64,000 bases of DNA from an uncultured Chloroflexia bacterium (GTDB taxonomy: Bacteria > Chloroflexota > Anaerolineae > B4-G1 > SLSP01), in assembly GCA_963751345.1 (NCBI GenBank), contig CAVVUS010000023.1, positions 64,001-128,000 on the forward strand, given 5' to 3'. The position numbers were made by a program, and so were the translations under genes. Below, one piece after another: positions 44,390-53,773 of this stretch (the first letter of the stretch is position 1; every line of letters starts with the position of its first letter). The notes below the pieces were generated by a model, which ran no database searches, was not told the origin of the DNA, and was given only the letters and a program-made list of their open reading frames with translations.

Positions 44390-46160
44390 TCAGGGCAGCA
44401 TCAGCCGCAGGAACTCCTGCTCGGCCTCGGTCGTCCACTCCATTCCGTTGCGCATCTTCGCGTAGACCGACGGCAGCACATCCTTCAGATCCTCAATCGC
44501 CGTCAATGGCAGCGGCTTGATCTGCGGGTAGATGACGATCTTGCCCGAATAGGCCGTGTCTGCCACCGCGTTCAGGCCATCCCACGCCGCTTCCAGCGAC
44601 CCGATGGCGGCGACCGAGCGATTGGGCGAGAGTTTGCCCGTCTCGGCCTGGTTCAGCATGAAGGTCATATTCTGTATCGTGGAGGCGGAGTGTCCGATGA
44701 TCCGCGTCTGCTTCGAGGTAAGCACTGCTCAGATCCATCCGCGCGTACTTTCCCCGCGCGACACCGGCGAAGATGTTCATCACACCGTCGTGGGCCAGAT
44801 AGGTGGCGGAATCGGCGATGACCGCGGGCACCGGGGCCAGGACGATGACGTCGTCAAAGCCCGAGTCCTTGAACCGCGCCATCGCGGCCTTGTATGCATC
44901 CGCATTCGTTGGGTTGAGGCAGACGAACTCGATCCCTTTACTGACTGCCTCTGCGCTGAAGCTCGTGCACAGGTCGTCGAGCCGCTCGTCGCTGATGTCG
45001 GTGCAGACGATGGTGCTGGGCGGTTCGGCGTCCTCAATGGCGCGCTGCACGTGCATGCGGCCCATAGGACCGCCCGCGCCAACGAACCAGGCCGCGCCCC
45101 CGGGCTTGAGCGTCGAGCGGACCGGCGTCTGGCTGTAGGCCTTGGCGATGTCGGGGCCGGTGCCTCCGAAATAGACCCAGCGGTTGTAGTGGATGCGACC
45201 GACGTCGACGTTGACGGGGCGCGACATCGGCCGGTCATCGATAATGGCCATAATCCCATAGCTGGCCAGATTGGGGCCGGCGCGCTCGATGACGTCTGGG
45301 TCGGCGCCGAGCACGATGATGTCGTCGACCCCGTGGCCGGTGCTGCTGCTGACCTCGGCCGGTGAAACAGGCGAGTCGTCGGTCTCAACAGTCGCCGGAT
45401 CGGGCATCTCGGGTACATCAACGACCTCAATGCCGAGGTCGCGCGCTTGTGTCCGCAGCCAGGTATCGAACGTGGGCGGGACGTTTGTCAGCATCAGCTT
45501 GGACGGGTGGGCGTGGCTGTCGAATCCGTCGCCGATGGTATAGTCATCTTTCGCCAGCGGGGTGCCGATGACCCACATAGTCCCCTTGGGGCGGATCATC
45601 GTCCGGTACCGCAGTTGGTAGGCGGCGATGACACAGGCCCACGGTTCGGTGAGGGCGGCCTCGGCGTAGCCGGTATCGGGTGCTACCCGAATCAGGTAAT
45701 TGCCGTGATCGCCGTTCAGCACGCGCTGATCGATCACGGTGTACTCCGAGAGACCGCCCTGCATCTCATAGCCGTAGGCGTAGCCCACGCCGTTCACAAA
45801 GATGTCGGCCTGGACGATGAAGCGGTCTCCCACCTGGTACTGGTCCTTCAGATCGTCGCCCACCCTGACCACGGTCAAGCTGACCTCGTGGCCGAGCACG
45901 ACCGGATCGTCCTTCATGTTACGATAGATGCGCGGGTGCTCCTGCCCGGCGCGGATCACCTTGATATCGGAGAAGCAGTGTCCGCACGCATCGTGACGTA
46001 CGAGCAACTCATCGGGTCCATAGTCGGGCATGGGCACCTCGATGGGCTTGTGGTCAATGCCGAGATTCTCAAACCCGGCGCCGTAGAGGGGCCAGAGGCG
46101 ATTCCTGGTCGGCAGCGGCGCATCTGCGCGCTGGTAAGCTTCAAACTTGTCGGTGGTCAT
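44390..46160 (-). CDS. Elongated L-sorbose-1-phosphate reductase (SorE)-like zinc MDR oxidoreductase, about 590 aa (frameshift near 44720)
   Basis: ACGHCFSDIK, VLGHE, LTEPWACV, VDVGRIHY, GAGGPMG, C-terminal GKIVIYP and WT.EAE. Confidence 0.72.
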
Positions 46161-46201
46161 AGCTGTACACACTCCTTCGCTTTGTTAAGCAACTAGCCTA
46201 T

Positions 46202-46333
46202 AGCGGTCAGCTTTCAGCATGAAGTAAGGAGTATGGAGTACGAAGTATGCCTCAGAGCAAGGCTCACTGCTTACTCCATACTTCTTACTCCCCGTCCCTT
46301 GCTGAAAGCTGACCGCTGATTGCTGATCGGCTA
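46202..46333. repeat. Nested heptamer inverted-repeat element (module A outside, module B inside)
   Basis: Perfect 18-bp arms agcggtcagctttcagca (46202-46219) and tgctgaaagctgaccgct (46300-46317) enclose gaagtaaggagtatggagta / tactccatacttcttactcc. Confidence 0.85.
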
Positions 46334-46334
46334 C

Positions 46335-47448
46335 TCAATCATACCTACAATACTGCTCCACACACGCCATCATCCAGCGCATACGCCCGACGCCGGTGCC
46401 GGCGGCCAACGAGCCGGCAGTTGTGACTTCCAGCCCGCCCGACTCTCCTGCCTTCTCGAAGTCGGAGACAATGCGCGACTTGATGGCCTCCGGACTGCCA
46501 TTGCGCAGCAGAAAGGGTGGCATCTGCCCGTGGATGAGCGCGTCGGGCATCCTCTCGCGGATCAGTGCCGCGTCGACGTCAGGGCCGTAGTTGACCGCCC
46601 GGATGCCCAGGTCGTACTGCATGTCGAGCAGATGGCCCATCGAGCTGTCGGAATGCTGGTATCGCCGGGCCTCACCCGGCGCCATGGCCTCGAGCACCTT
46701 CTCGAGCACGGGGACGCAATACTCGCGGTAGAGGGGCCGGTTGAAGAGTGCGCTGTTGTCGTCGGTGATCCACCAGCCCGGCTCCGTGTTGCCGCTGAAT
46801 TCGCGAAGCAGCCGGTTGAACTCGACCATCTTCGTGGCCAATAGGTCGCGGAAGCGGTGCATCAGCGTCGGGGTGATCCATCATCCAGAAGAAAACGGTC
46901 TGGGGCTGGAGCACCGACGTCATGATCGTGGCCGGGCCTCTGCTGCCGGTACCCAGCTTCGGAAGTGGTTTGCCGGCCTCCTTGCGGGCTTCCCACTCAG
47001 CCAGGAAGGCTTCGGGGAAGCTCCAGGTCGCCAAGTCGGTGGCTTCTGCCTCGTCCAGGATCCCGGCAAACTCGTCCGGCTTGTCGGTGGCTGGGGTTAG
47101 CCACGGGGTGCTGGATTCGCGGTAGGAGAAGGCGCAGCCGAAGAGGTTCTCGATGCGCTTGGGCTCGTATTCCCACGTATCCTCATCGAAGAAGGTGCGG
47201 CCGACGTACTCCTCGGTGACGGCGTTGACCTCTTGGTGAAGCGCGTCGCGGTATGCTTTGTCCCGATAATAGCGCAGCGTCGAGGGCACATTGAGGAAGC
47301 CGAAGATCCAATGGTCGTCCGGCGAGAAGGAGAGCGAGGCGCGCGGCTTGTCGAGCGTGAACGACCCGCAGCACTCGTTCTCGGCCCAAAACGAGGCGGT
47401 GTCCAGACCCTCGGTCAGGGCCATGAACTCGGGTTCGATGATCGCCAT
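46335..47448 (-). CDS. Uroporphyrinogen decarboxylase (URO-D)-family TIM-barrel protein (frameshift near 46868)
   Basis: RGPATIMT, ITDDNS, LYREYCVP, YQHSD, IHGQMPP..LRNGSPEAI pattern of the URO-D/MtaA-like fold. Confidence 0.7.
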
Positions 47449-47459
47449 CGGTGCGCCCC

Positions 47460-48042
47460 TCAGTCGTCCTTCACTTGGAGAGAGTGCCCGATGTCAAAGG
47501 AGTGCGCCAGGTAGTCTGCCGATCCCGTAGTAGCCCCTGCTGTCCGGCGCATAGATGAGTGGGCGGACCTTCTCGACGTCGATGTGGCCCTCGTCGTCGA
47601 AGACGGCCTCCTCTGCCTTAACGTCGACAATCTCACCCACGAAGAGCGTGTGGAGCCCGATCTCAAGCGTGTGCAGCAGCCTGCATTCGAGCGCCATCGG
47701 GTACTCCTCGACGTAGGGAGCGTCGACTAACTCACTCCGTGTCGGTGTGAGCCCGGCCTCCGCGAATTTGTCCGCGTCCCGTCCCGACACGATACCCGCG
47801 TAGTCGGCCTCCGCCACGTACGTCTCCGAGGGGATGCTGATGGTGAAGGCCCCGCGGGCGACGATGTTGCCATGGGTGAGCGTCGCCGCGCGCAACCCGA
47901 TCGCGACGGCGGGCGGGCGCGAGCAGCAGATGCCGCCCCAGGCCGCCGCCATCATGTTCGGACGGCCCTCGGGGCCGTAGGTCCCCACGATGAAGACCGG
48001 CGTCGGGTAGACGATGGTTCTCGCGCCACGGGACTTTTTCAC
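47460..48042 (-). CDS. Flavin reductase family protein (frameshift near 47520)
   Basis: PTPVFIVGTY, NMMAAAWGG, GIVSGRDADKF, LECRL, HTLFVGEI. Confidence 0.85.
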
Positions 48043-48064
48043 CTTAGTACCTCCTCGCAAAGAA

Positions 48065-48125
48065 GCGATCAGCGGTCAGCTATCAGACCTTCCCTCTGAC
48101 CGCTGGAAGCTAACGGCTGACAGCT
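48065..48125. repeat. Heptamer (GCNNTCA) inverted-repeat element, module A alone
   Basis: gcgatca-gcggtca-gctatca-g ... ctgaccg-ctggaag-ctaacgg-ctgacag-ct. Confidence 0.7.
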
Positions 48126-49467
48126 CTCAGCACATCGTCCGGATCACCGTCTGCGCCGACATCCCGCAACTGATCGAGACCTCTCTCTCCGGGAGGCAGA
48201 CGCCGACCCAGGGCCGTGTAGAAGGCGTTGCGATTGGCACGCGTAGGCAGGCGACGCTGCGCCCACCGGCTTTGGTACCCCAGGCCCAGCTGCCCGTTCG
48301 AGGGCTGTGTGCCCGTACACGAAATAGGCGCCATCGAGGAAGACGTCGCGCACCGGCGCCAGTTCGGGCGCGTCGAACTGGTCGATGAGTGGTTTGCCAA
48401 AAGCGTTCATCTCGGTGCCGACGTTGATCGGCAGATCGAGGGCCTTGGCAAGGTCGACGATGTCGTAGAGGTTCCGGAGTTTGGTCTTCTTGTCCTGCGG
48501 GTCGGCGATGTTCCAGTTCCGGTCGGGGATGACGTTGAGCGCGACGGCGCCCTTGGCCACCATCAGGCCGAACAGCTCCTCGGCAGCCTCCTCGCCCTCC
48601 GACGTGCCGTCCAGCCACGTGATGGTAGGCAGGGCCCGGCAGGCCGTGATCACGGTGTTGACCTCCTCGACTGTTGGGAACGTATCCGGCCCCGGCTTGA
48701 TGTAGCCGACGCCGCCCTGCTTCATCAGCTTGGAACGCACCAGGTTCTGGATCTGCGGCCCCCTATCGATTACGGCGGCAACCCGCGCCTGCGGCACGTC
48801 GAGCTTTGCGGCCCAGAAATCGACGGGATTGTGTATCGTGGTGTCGGCTGCCTCGACGTAGGCCGCACACATATGGCGCTCCGTCGCGTTACCGGTCGGC
48901 GTCAGCGGAAGCACGTCGCGGGCGTAATCAATGGCGACGGGGTCGAGATAGGCGTTGATGCGGTCGATCATCTCGCGGTTGCGGTCGGCCGCGCGCCGGC
49001 GCATATCACCCAAGATGGCGCGTGCCTCCGGCTCGGTCGCCGGGACCTGACTGGAGGTGAAGCCGATGCCCATATGGTAGTAGATTCCCGGCTCGCCAGG
49101 GGAGTTGATCTCACGGGTAGCGAACTCCGGCACGTAGGCCCGCGTCTCCATGCCGGTGCTGCCGCGCAGCGAGACGTGGTCGCAGGCGGTCAGGAACTCG
49201 TCGACGCCATCGAGCACGTCGAAGTCGACGATTCCCATGAGCTTGTAGCCGTTGTGCCGGGCCAGCCACGCCAACGCCGTGGGCGACAGGCCGTACCCAT
49301 TATAGGAATAGAAGGTATGGCAGTGCATGTTGGCAACCTCTGTGGGCTCGGGCAGCGTCACCTCGCCGGCCTCCACCAGCGCCATCAGCGAGGCCAGTGC
49401 CTCTGCCCGCACCTCCGGATCGAAGTCGTTCAGTTGCTCTTCGAGGAGTCTGAATGTGGTAGTTCAT
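48110..49467 (-). CDS. PHP-fold metallo-hydrolase with atypical motifs (frameshifts near 49450 and 48285)
   Basis: NMHCHTFYSYN, GIVDFD, GMET, YHMG, R..RNREM, GTEMN. Confidence 0.7.
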
Positions 49468-49490
49468 ATGGCTGGTTCCGTCCTTGACTG

Positions 49491-49609
49491 AGCGGTCAGT
49501 CGTCAGCAGCGACTAGGAAGTATGGAGTACGGAGTAGGGTCTGGTCTTGTCGGCCTACTTCTCATTCCATACTCCGTACTTCTCTTCTGAAGGCTGAAAG
49601 CTGATCGCC
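49491..49609. repeat. Nested heptamer inverted-repeat element (module A outside, module B inside), second copy
   Basis: agcggtcagtcgtcagc ... gaagtatggagtacggagtaggg ... tccatactccgtacttc ... gctgaaagctgatcgcc. Confidence 0.8.
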
Positions 49610-49619
49610 GATAGTTTGT

Positions 49620-50792
49620 CTACCCAAACGTCTCCCGCATCCGCTCGCAGTAATACTGCACGTTCTCCCACTTGCTGTCGGGCGCGAGGCGGTGGTCGGG
49701 GCAGGGGATGTAGCCGCCGAGATCGACGAGCGGCTTGAGACGCTCGATCTCCGCGTCGACGGCGGCGTAGTCGCGCGTAAACACGACCTTGTTCATCCCA
49801 CCCACGCCGAGCAGGTCGCGCCCGTATCGCTCACGCCAGGGCGCGATGCTGGAGCCCCACGTTCCCACCTCGATGGGGAACATCGTGTTGACGCCATTGT
49901 CTAGCCATACCGGGACCAGCTTGGTGACGTCACCGTCGCTGTCCAGCGAGACGATGTCGATCCCGTAGCTATTGACCAGGTCCGTGATGCGTTTGTAGTG
50001 CGGGCCGACCTTCTTGCGGAAGATCCGCGGGCTGATCAGGGGGCCGCTCTTGAACGAGATGTCCTCCCAGAAGTGGGCGAAGTCGAAGGACGCGGGGCCG
50101 CCGTCGGGGCAGACCATGTCGAGCGCTGCCTCCGTGCAGTTGTAACAGAGGTCGGCCACCGTCTCGATGATCTCGTCCAGCAGCGCCGGGTCGTCGACCA
50201 GGAGGTAGGAGAGGCCGACGATGCCCAGCCAGTTGCGGATCACGCCGAAGAGGCTGCCGACGTTCAGGCCGTAGGGGTCTTCCCAGGCGCCCGCCTTCAG
50301 ATAGGCGTCGCCGCCGCGGTCGTAACGCACCATCTCACCGTCCACGTTGACGTAGCTGTGGGTGATGCGCTCGGGCTCGAACTGCAGCTTGGGCAGGTAG
50401 AGCGCCTCCCACGACGCCCTATCCTTGAGCAGGTGCTCGATCTCCTTGGGGATCGAGGTGACGTCGTCCTTCTGCAGGATGACGGTGCCCTCGTCGTTGA
50501 GGACATGGCGCGAGCCGTCGGGGAAGGTCTTGACGATCCTGGTCTCAAAGGCCGGGCGCAGCCGCGTGCTGGGAGAGAAACACGTGCTCCAGTTGAAGTC
50601 GAAGCCCAGCAGGTCGGCGATCTCGGCGTCCGTGGGGTTGCCGTCACCCCAGGTATCGGCCTGCGACTGGGTGATGTGGCCCTCCGCCGCCCACTTGTCC
50701 AGCGTCTCGTCCCAGTAGCCGAAGTGGACGAGTGGCATACGGTCGTAGTCCTGGTAGTGCAGGATCGCGTGAACCCGTTCGCGGTTGTTCAT
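49620..50792 (-). CDS. URO-D family protein
   Basis: MNNRERV...DRMP start, FWEDISFKSGPLISP, SLDSDGD, MFPIE, GGMNK, GGYIPCPDH. Confidence 0.8.
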   Translation of the reverse strand: MNNRERVHAILHYQDYDRMPLVHFGYWDETLDKWAAEGHITQSQADTWGDGNPTDAEIADLLGFDFNWSTCFSPSTRLRPAFETRIVKTFPDGSRHVLNDEGTVILQKDDVTSIPKEIEHLLKDRASWEALYLPKLQFEPERITHSYVNVDGEMVRYDRGGDAYLKAGAWEDPYGLNVGSLFGVIRNWLGIVGLSYLLVDDPALLDEIIETVADLCYNCTEAALDMVCPDGGPASFDFAHFWEDISFKSGPLISPRIFRKKVGPHYKRITDLVNSYGIDIVSLDSDGDVTKLVPVWLDNGVNTMFPIEVGTWGSSIAPWRERYGRDLLGVGGMNKVVFTRDYAAVDAEIERLKPLVDLGGYIPCPDHRLAPDSKWENVQYYCERMRETFG

Positions 50793-51856
50793 CCGCCAGC
50801 TTCCTCCCCAATCCGGATGATTGCACGGAGCACACCGTCCTCGTAGCCGGCGACCAGCTCGAAGGCATCGACGATGCGGTCCAGTGAGAAATGGTGTGTT
50901 GCCAACGCCCCGACGTCGATCATGCCCGTGCTGACCATCCGGATTGCCCGTGGGTAGGTGTGTTTCATCCGGCGCACGAGTTTGATGGTCAGTCCTTTGC
51001 GGCGCACCTGGGAGGCCGTCATCGTCATCTTGTCCTCGACGGGAATGCCCACCACGACGACCTTGCCGCCCGGACGCGTCACGCGTGCAGCTTGGTCGGG
51101 TGTATCCGGGGCACCGGCGGCTTCGAACGCGACGTCGACGCCGCGCCCGCCGGTTGCAGCCATGATCGCAGCCACGACGTCCTCGGTCTCGGGATCGAAG
51201 ACGGCGTCCGCACTATGCTCCAGGGCGAAGGCGCGCCTGGCGGCGTTCGGCTCCGTCATATAGACGGCGCCCGCTCCCCCGGCTCGCGCGACGGCCGCGG
51301 TCAGCAGCCCGACCGGCCCCGCTCCGAACACGGCGATTGTCTCCCCCACCTTGAGGTGCGCCAGGTCGACCGTGTGAATGCCGATACCCAGGGGCTCCAG
51401 CAGCGCACCCTCCTCGGGCGTGAAACCCTCCGGCAGCACAAAGCAGTTCTCGGCGGGCATCACGGCATACTCGGCAAAGACGCCGTCGATGGGCGGCGTG
51501 CCACAGAAGCGGACGTTCGGGCATAGGTTCGGGTGGCCGTGCTGGCAGGATTCGCAGACACCGCAGGAGATAGCAGGCTCGACGGCCACCAACTGTCCGA
51601 TTTCGAGGCCCTCGACCCCTTCCCCGAGCTCCGCGACCCATGCCGAGAACTCGTGGCCCATCTGGATGGGCTCCGTCACGACCTGGTCGCCGATGGCCCC
51701 TTCCAGGTAGTAGTGAACGTCGGACCCGCAGGTCCCAACGGATGCGATCTTGAGAAGCACCTCGCCCGGCCCCGGCTCGGGCACCGGCGCCGTTTCAACC
51801 CGCAGATCGCGGATGCCGTAGAGGCGCGATACTTTCATGCTATAGGGATGTGTCAC
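50789..51856 (-). CDS. Zinc-dependent polyol (sorbitol/L-iditol-like) dehydrogenase
   Basis: GTCGSDVHYY, MGHE, CGVCESC...NLC, LLEPL, GAGPVG. Confidence 0.88.
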   Translation of the reverse strand: MTHPYSMKVSRLYGIRDLRVETAPVPEPGPGEVLLKIASVGTCGSDVHYYLEGAIGDQVVTEPIQMGHEFSAWVAELGEGVEGLEIGQLVAVEPAISCGVCESCQHGHPNLCPNVRFCGTPPIDGVFAEYAVMPAENCFVLPEGFTPEEGALLEPLGIGIHTVDLAHLKVGETIAVFGAGPVGLLTAAVARAGGAGAVYMTEPNAARRAFALEHSADAVFDPETEDVVAAIMAATGGRGVDVAFEAAGAPDTPDQAARVTRPGGKVVVVGIPVEDKMTMTASQVRRKGLTIKLVRRMKHTYPRAIRMVSTGMIDVGALATHHFSLDRIVDAFELVAGYEDGVLRAIIRIGEEAGG

Positions 51857-51877
51857 GTTCAGTGTCTCCTTCCGCTC

Positions 51878-51915
51878 AACCTTCGCAAGGTCCGAAAGAC
51901 AACCTTGCGAAGGTT
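51878..51915. repeat. REP-like palindrome
   Basis: aaccttcgcaaggt-ccgaaagaca-accttgcgaaggtt, perfect 14-bp arms. Confidence 0.75.
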
Positions 51916-51927
51916 CCCGATGAGATG

Positions 51928-52713
51928 TCAAGCTTCGCCCAGCAGCTTCCGTCGGTAGGCTTCATCCGGGCGGGTGTGGATGCGACCCACGTTCTCCTGC
52001 GAGAGAAAGTGCGGACCGCCTGCGGAATAGGCGCCCAATAGCACCCGCGCTGTCTTGACCATCATAGCCGTGATGTTCTCGACCTGCTCTGCAGAATGTC
52101 CCAGAGCCACGACGCCGTGATTCTGCATCAAGAGGACGCGCGGTCGCTCCTGATACGTGTCGATGTAGTCGTTGATCCGCCGCCGGATCTCGCGGGCTAG
52201 GGGAATGCCGGGGTCCGTGTAGGGCACCATCACCACTGCCGGGCCACACATCACGATCTCGTCGGGGAAGAGGCGTCCGCCAAAGGCCTCCTCGAATACC
52301 GCCGAGCACGTCAAGGCATTGACCGCGGTCGCGTGGGTGTGTCCCACGAAGTTCACATCGGGCAAGCTCAGACAGATGGCATGGAAGACCGTCTCGGTAG
52401 AGGGGCGGATGTCGCTGTTGGGGGCGGGCCACCGACCCGTCTCCGGGTCAACGCGAACGTCGAGCAGCCGTTCCTTGATCTCGCTGTCGGTGAGGGTTCC
52501 CTCGTCAAGGACTTTCAGGGCGCGCTCCAGTGACACGCGCACGAAGCCGCTTTCATCGATCGAGGGGAGTTGGTGCCCGCTGGCCTTGACCCAGAAGGTC
52601 CCGTCGGGGTTCAGAGCCGAGGTGTTGCCTTCGCCGAGGATCACGTAGTCATTCTTTGGGTCGCCAAGCCGAGTTGACATGGCAACCAATTGTCGCAGTG
52701 TTTCGTTCATCAT
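51928..52713 (-). CDS. Class II aldolase/adducin family protein
   Basis: GEGNTS, VKASG, RPSTETVFH, VGHTH, LMQNHG. Confidence 0.85.
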   Translation of the reverse strand: MMNETLRQLVAMSTRLGDPKNDYVILGEGNTSALNPDGTFWVKASGHQLPSIDESGFVRVSLERALKVLDEGTLTDSEIKERLLDVRVDPETGRWPAPNSDIRPSTETVFHAICLSLPDVNFVGHTHATAVNALTCSAVFEEAFGGRLFPDEIVMCGPAVVMVPYTDPGIPLAREIRRRINDYIDTYQERPRVLLMQNHGVVALGHSAEQVENITAMMVKTARVLLGAYSAGGPHFLSQENVGRIHTRPDEAYRRKLLGEA

Positions 52714-52920
52714 CGTCTCCGTTGGGTAGAAGTCGGGAATTCATTCTACTGTAGCCAAGTTCGGATGTCAAAGCTCCGCTCTCGGCGCCGGGGACGCCAA
52801 ATTCCGTCTGCGGCGTACGATCCCCGGCACTACCTCGGTCTGTTTGTACCCTTTTGCTCCGGCCCTATAATCGCAGGCAGGTCGAGTGTTCCATAGTCGC
52901 TGAGTCCCTGGAGGGTACTG

Positions 52921-53730
52921 ATGGCTGATGTCACGGATCGAAACCCCGAAGAGGCCCGTGATGCCTATTTCGATATGCTGGCCGATTTCGGGGTGACAAA
53001 GCACATAGGCAGCCTGACCGCCACCGATATGCTGATTGCGCGGTGTCACATCGGTCCGGGCTCGCACGTCTTGGACGTCGGATGCGGTACCGGACTGACG
53101 CCCTGCTATCTCACGCGAAAGCTCGGGTGCCGCGTGGTGGGCATCGATCTCTCGCGGAAGATGGTGGCCCGAGCGCAGGACGAAGTCGCACGCCGCGGGG
53201 TTGCCGACCTAGTCGGTCTGAGTGTGGGCAACGCGTTGGCTCTGCCCTTTGAGGCCGCGTGCTTTGATGCTGTCATCGTCGAGTCAGTGAACGTCTTCCT
53301 TGACGATCCGTCGGTCGCCTTCGCCGAGTACGTTCGGGTGACGGCTCCGGGCGGCTACGTCGGGATCACGGAATCGACCTGGATGGAGCCGCCGACCAAG
53401 AAGGCTGTTGAGTTCATGTCAAGTGTCGGCGGCCTTCCGATGCAGGCGGAGGCGTGGGTGAGGTATCTCGATCAAGCGGGCCTGGTCGAGATTTTTGCGC
53501 ACTCGCAGCCTGTCGACGCGCTCGATGAGGCGAGGGGACGTCTTCGGCGGTACGGATGTCGGAGTATGCTCGCTGCACTCGTGCGTGCCGGCCCGGTACT
53601 CTTCGGCAGTCGACGGTCGCGCGAACTTATGCGGCAGGCGACGGCATCGGCACCACGAGGGATTCAGCGCTTGATGGGATACGGGGTCTATGTCGGACGA
53701 AAGCCTCCCGAGAGCGACATCTCCATTTGA
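52921..53730 (+). CDS. Class I SAM-dependent methyltransferase
   Basis: VLDVGCGTG, GIDLS, LPFEAACFDAV, RVTAPGG. Confidence 0.88.
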   Translation: MADVTDRNPEEARDAYFDMLADFGVTKHIGSLTATDMLIARCHIGPGSHVLDVGCGTGLTPCYLTRKLGCRVVGIDLSRKMVARAQDEVARRGVADLVGLSVGNALALPFEAACFDAVIVESVNVFLDDPSVAFAEYVRVTAPGGYVGITESTWMEPPTKKAVEFMSSVGGLPMQAEAWVRYLDQAGLVEIFAHSQPVDALDEARGRLRRYGCRSMLAALVRAGPVLFGSRRSRELMRQATASAPRGIQRLMGYGVYVGRKPPESDISI

Positions 53731-53773
53731 CCAAGAAATCTGTACTTACACACATACCGACGAGGAGAACCTT

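Noticed and set aside
46335-50792. hemE (true uroporphyrinogen decarboxylase)
   Set aside because: No RQAGR motif and no hem genes nearby, so only a family-level call is given.
51928-52713. Assigning rhaD or fucA to the aldolase
   Set aside because: Motifs support only the class II aldolase family; the substrate cannot be read from the sequence.
52714-52920. Second copy of the DeoR operator at the divergent promoter region
   Set aside because: No TTTCATTTG/CAAATGAAA match was found, so co-regulation of the two arms is unproven.
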